A stretch of 64,000 nt of DNA. Origin: a virus. Position numbers and translations under genes: made by a program. The notes beneath the pieces are model-generated. The model had not been told where the DNA came from. It saw only the letters and a list, made by a program, of their open reading frames with translations, and did no database searches. Where the stretch lies: the IMG/VR virus record IMGVR_UViG_3300013117_000371, one strand, 5' to 3'. Below, piece by piece: positions 61,987 to 64,000 of this stretch (positions are counted from its first letter, which is position 1; every line of letters begins with the position of its first letter).

Positions 61987-62495
61987 AGTACAAGCTAGAG
62001 CTCGCAGACCAAAGCGGCACAGAGGAAACCATCCTCACTGCCGAGAATCTGGGCGAAGCTGTTGTCCTGGCCCGTAAATGGGCCCGGGCACTCTACGCCC
62101 ACGTAGAAACAGATGTAGGCGAAACGGTGTGCTTGACAGTCCAGGGGCTTGCTGTAACAGGAGAGCCTACCACCGGCTTTGCCGACTATTGGACCGGGCG
62201 AATTGACGTTGGGAGTCCGGATGAAGCCTACGTCGCAGCCGATTGGGAGGCCACCTTGGAAGTAGAGGGTGGCCTTGTTGAGAATCCGGGTGTGTGGTGT
62301 CTCGGTGGGACAAAAATGACCTTTGCGACCCACCATATTCGGGACTCGGCATACCGGCGTAAGGAGACATCTGAGTTGGGGGCGGACAACCGGGTGTGGT
62401 ACTGGCACACCACTGACGGTGTGGATGTGGAATACCCCACGGCCCGAGAGCTGTTCGAGGCGCATGGGGACCTAGTGGAATCTGCGGACGAATAA
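61983..62495 (+). CDS. Acidic hypothetical protein
   Basis: TTGA coupling. Confidence 0.65.
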   Translation: MKYKLELADQSGTEETILTAENLGEAVVLARKWARALYAHVETDVGETVCLTVQGLAVTGEPTTGFADYWTGRIDVGSPDEAYVAADWEATLEVEGGLVENPGVWCLGGTKMTFATHHIRDSAYRRKETSELGADNRVWYWHTTDGVDVEYPTARELFEAHGDLVESADE

Positions 62496-62611
62496 GCCGG
62501 TAAGGTACGGGCCCGACCCCCGAATCAGCAAGCTCTTTCCATCGACGCCATTGCGTCGGTATCTAGTCTAGGTGCTTGCTGGGGCACCCAGGCGCTCGGG
62601 TAAGAAAGAGT

Positions 62612-62641
62612 GCCAGCCGGGGCCTTGTACCGGCAGGAGGG
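62612..62641 (+). repeat. Start-associated 30-bp repeat, copy 2
   Basis: GCCAGCCGGGGCCTTGTACCGGCAGGAGGG, 5 nt before ATG 62647. Confidence 0.85.
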
Positions 62642-62646
62642 AAAAC

Positions 62647-62847
62647 ATGATCACAGAGAAAATAGAGCAAATCCGGGCGGATGCCCAAGAGATTTTCAAC
62701 CTTCCCGGTGCGGACGGTCGCTTTGCCTTCGATAGCGACCGGTGGACGGCTTCCATCGAAGCCGCCCTGTATCAGGGCGGGTATTGTCGCGGTAAGGCAT
62801 TTGAGCGCCTGTTTTGGACGCTCAAGAAAGAGTACCCGAATACCTAA
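62647..62847 (+). CDS. Small hypothetical protein (66 aa)
   Basis: SD lies inside repeat copy 2. Confidence 0.65.
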   Translation: MITEKIEQIRADAQEIFNLPGADGRFAFDSDRWTASIEAALYQGGYCRGKAFERLFWTLKKEYPNT

Positions 62848-62856
62848 CCAACCAGA

Positions 62857-62886
62857 GCCGGCCGGGGCCTCGTGCCGGCAAGGAGA
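62857..62886 (+). repeat. Start-associated 30-bp repeat, copy 3
   Basis: GCCGGCCGGGGCCTCGTGCCGGCAAGGAGA, 4 nt before ATG 62891. Confidence 0.85.
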
Positions 62887-62890
62887 AAGT

Positions 62891-63370
62891 ATGAGTAACC
62901 ACACGAAAGGGCCCTGGAAGGCCCGAGATGGTATCGTCCAGGTAGTCGGGGGCGGCCCTGACTACACCTTCTACGCCCCCGGCGAATCGGCCGGAGAAAT
63001 GAGAGCCAACGCTCACTTGATAGCGGTGGCACCCGAGATGTATGAGGCAGCGTCCATGGCCGCCCGATACCTGCGGCAAGCGCCGCAACCGCCCGACCGG
63101 AGGTACGAAGCGGTACTCATGGCGCTCGATAGAGCGCTCAAGAAGGCCGCAGGCAGGACGTTGCCCTCTGCTCCGTTGGGCAAGCTTCTTTGCTCCAGTG
63201 CCGGGGAACCCGGGTGCTTCTCTGAGTGTGAGCACGCTGAGGTCCACACTGAACTCCCGGCCTACCCCTGCCGAGGGGCCTACTCTTGCCCCAGCGTAGG
63301 GAGGGAAGTTCTCTGCATGCCCGTAGCAGAGACGCCTCCTGCGGATACCCCGCTCAGCCAGGAAAAGTAA
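62891..63370 (+). CDS. Phage hypothetical protein (HTKGPW...ANAHLIA.APEMYEA type) with Cys-rich tail
   Basis: Common phage N-terminal motif; SD in repeat copy 3. Confidence 0.7.
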   Translation: MSNHTKGPWKARDGIVQVVGGGPDYTFYAPGESAGEMRANAHLIAVAPEMYEAASMAARYLRQAPQPPDRRYEAVLMALDRALKKAAGRTLPSAPLGKLLCSSAGEPGCFSECEHAEVHTELPAYPCRGAYSCPSVGREVLCMPVAETPPADTPLSQEK

Positions 63371-63428
63371 CTGGGGGTTACATGACAAACAAGCGCAAGC
63401 CGCAACGAAGGAAAAAACAAAGGAGATG

Positions 63429-63467
63429 TGCCCCCTGAACGGGGGGCAAGGGGAGGAAACTCCCCTT
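63429..63467. terminator. Tandem hairpins between convergent genes
   Basis: TGCCCCC-loop-GGGGGCA and AAGGGGAG-GAAA-CTCCCCTT. Confidence 0.6.
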
Positions 63468-63778
63468 TAGGTTCGGGGGCTCTCCTCCGGCTCTTCGGGG
63501 ACCATCATCTCTGTCTCCCCAATCTGCGCCAGCATTCGCTGGTCCTCCCTCCCCCGTTTGTACCACTGGTACTCCCCGGGCGGTATCACCCCGCCGCACT
63601 CGGCGCAGCGGTACTTGGTATCCATCGGCCGCGTCCCCTCCCTCTTCTCGAAGCGGTGAAGGGGGCAGTCGCGCAAGGCGTCAAGGTTGGCCTTGACTTC
63701 ATCGTAGATCTTGCGGGCCTCCCCCGGCGGGAGGCCGGAGATGTCCTCCAGGATATCAAGGAGGGACTTCTTGCTCAT
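63467..63778 (-). CDS. Hypothetical protein with C/H Zn motif
   Basis: CPLH, CAEC. Confidence 0.7.
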   Translation of the reverse strand: MSKKSLLDILEDISGLPPGEARKIYDEVKANLDALRDCPLHRFEKREGTRPMDTKYRCAECGGVIPPGEYQWYKRGREDQRMLAQIGETEMMVPEEPEESPRT

Positions 63779-63987
63779 TCGCCCAAACGGGAAAGGAGCT
63801 CCGCCCGCCTCTCGGGGGGGCTAGTGCCGATTCGCTCCGCCTCGAAGAAGAGTTGCGCCGGATTGTGCACCCGGTGCTCAGGGGCCTCAACGTAGATCCC
63901 CATGACGTAGGGAACGCCTGGGCGCCTTGACAGCTCATCAGTGAACAGGAGTTTCTTGGCCCACTCCACCTCATAAGCCATCTCCAC
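63775..63987 (-). CDS. Hypothetical protein; start may lie beyond the right edge
   Basis: ATGA coupling to the next gene. Confidence 0.55.
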   Translation of the reverse strand: MEMAYEVEWAKKLLFTDELSRRPGVPYVMGIYVEAPEHRVHNPAQLFFEAERIGTSPPERRAELLSRLGE

Positions 63988-64000
63988 ACCGTCTTCCTCC

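Noticed and set aside
61072-62886. CRISPR array
   Set aside because: Only three repeats, separated by whole genes at irregular distances; no cas genes.
1-64000. Stop-codon reassignment, as in some large phages
   Set aside because: Conserved genes read through intact with the standard code, all three stops end genes, and there is no suppressor tRNA.
1-64000. Integrase, transposase, intron or intein
   Set aside because: No recognisable recombinase, transposase or splicing motifs; large genes are uninterrupted and of normal length.

Overview
This window looks like a 64 kb segment of a large, GC-rich tailed bacteriophage genome. The evidence is dense, overlapping small ORFs with Shine-Dalgarno sites, sigma70-type promoters, a terminase large subunit running off the left edge (missed by the ORF track), and no rRNA, integrase, IS element or CRISPR array. 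The host is probably a Gram-negative bacterium; the RdgC type hints at Myxococcota/Desulfobacterota, which is only an inference. Left to right: (1) terminase; (2) an 11-gene, ~11.7 kb sugar/carboxylate-modification operon with 2 GT4 glycosyltransferases, UDP-glucose dehydrogenase, an AsnB-like amidotransferase, an ATP-grasp/QueC-like fusion, a radical SAM enzyme, 2 paralogous methyltransferases and a transglutaminase-like protein; (3) a + strand block of small hypothetical genes with a PAPS-reductase-like and a TOPRIM-like gene; (4) a putative holin/spanin cassette; (5) a tRNA operon: Ile, a Pro with an abnormal long variable arm, a broken Phe, four Leu, and Tyr; (6) RdgC, RecD2-like and SNF2-like helicases and two orphan DNA methyltransferases; (7) long runs of hypothetical genes. 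The most notable signals are the terminase-linked modification operon, a shared N-terminal 'F-x-x-G...(E/Q)-K-x-A' leader on at least six small basic proteins, motif-sized fragments of terminase and DNA polymerase I embedded in unrelated ORFs, a 30-bp start-associated repeat in front of three small genes (one a candidate ring-nuclease anti-CRISPR), and several single-base frameshifts at G/C homopolymers. All functional calls come from motif recognition by eye; no database search was run.
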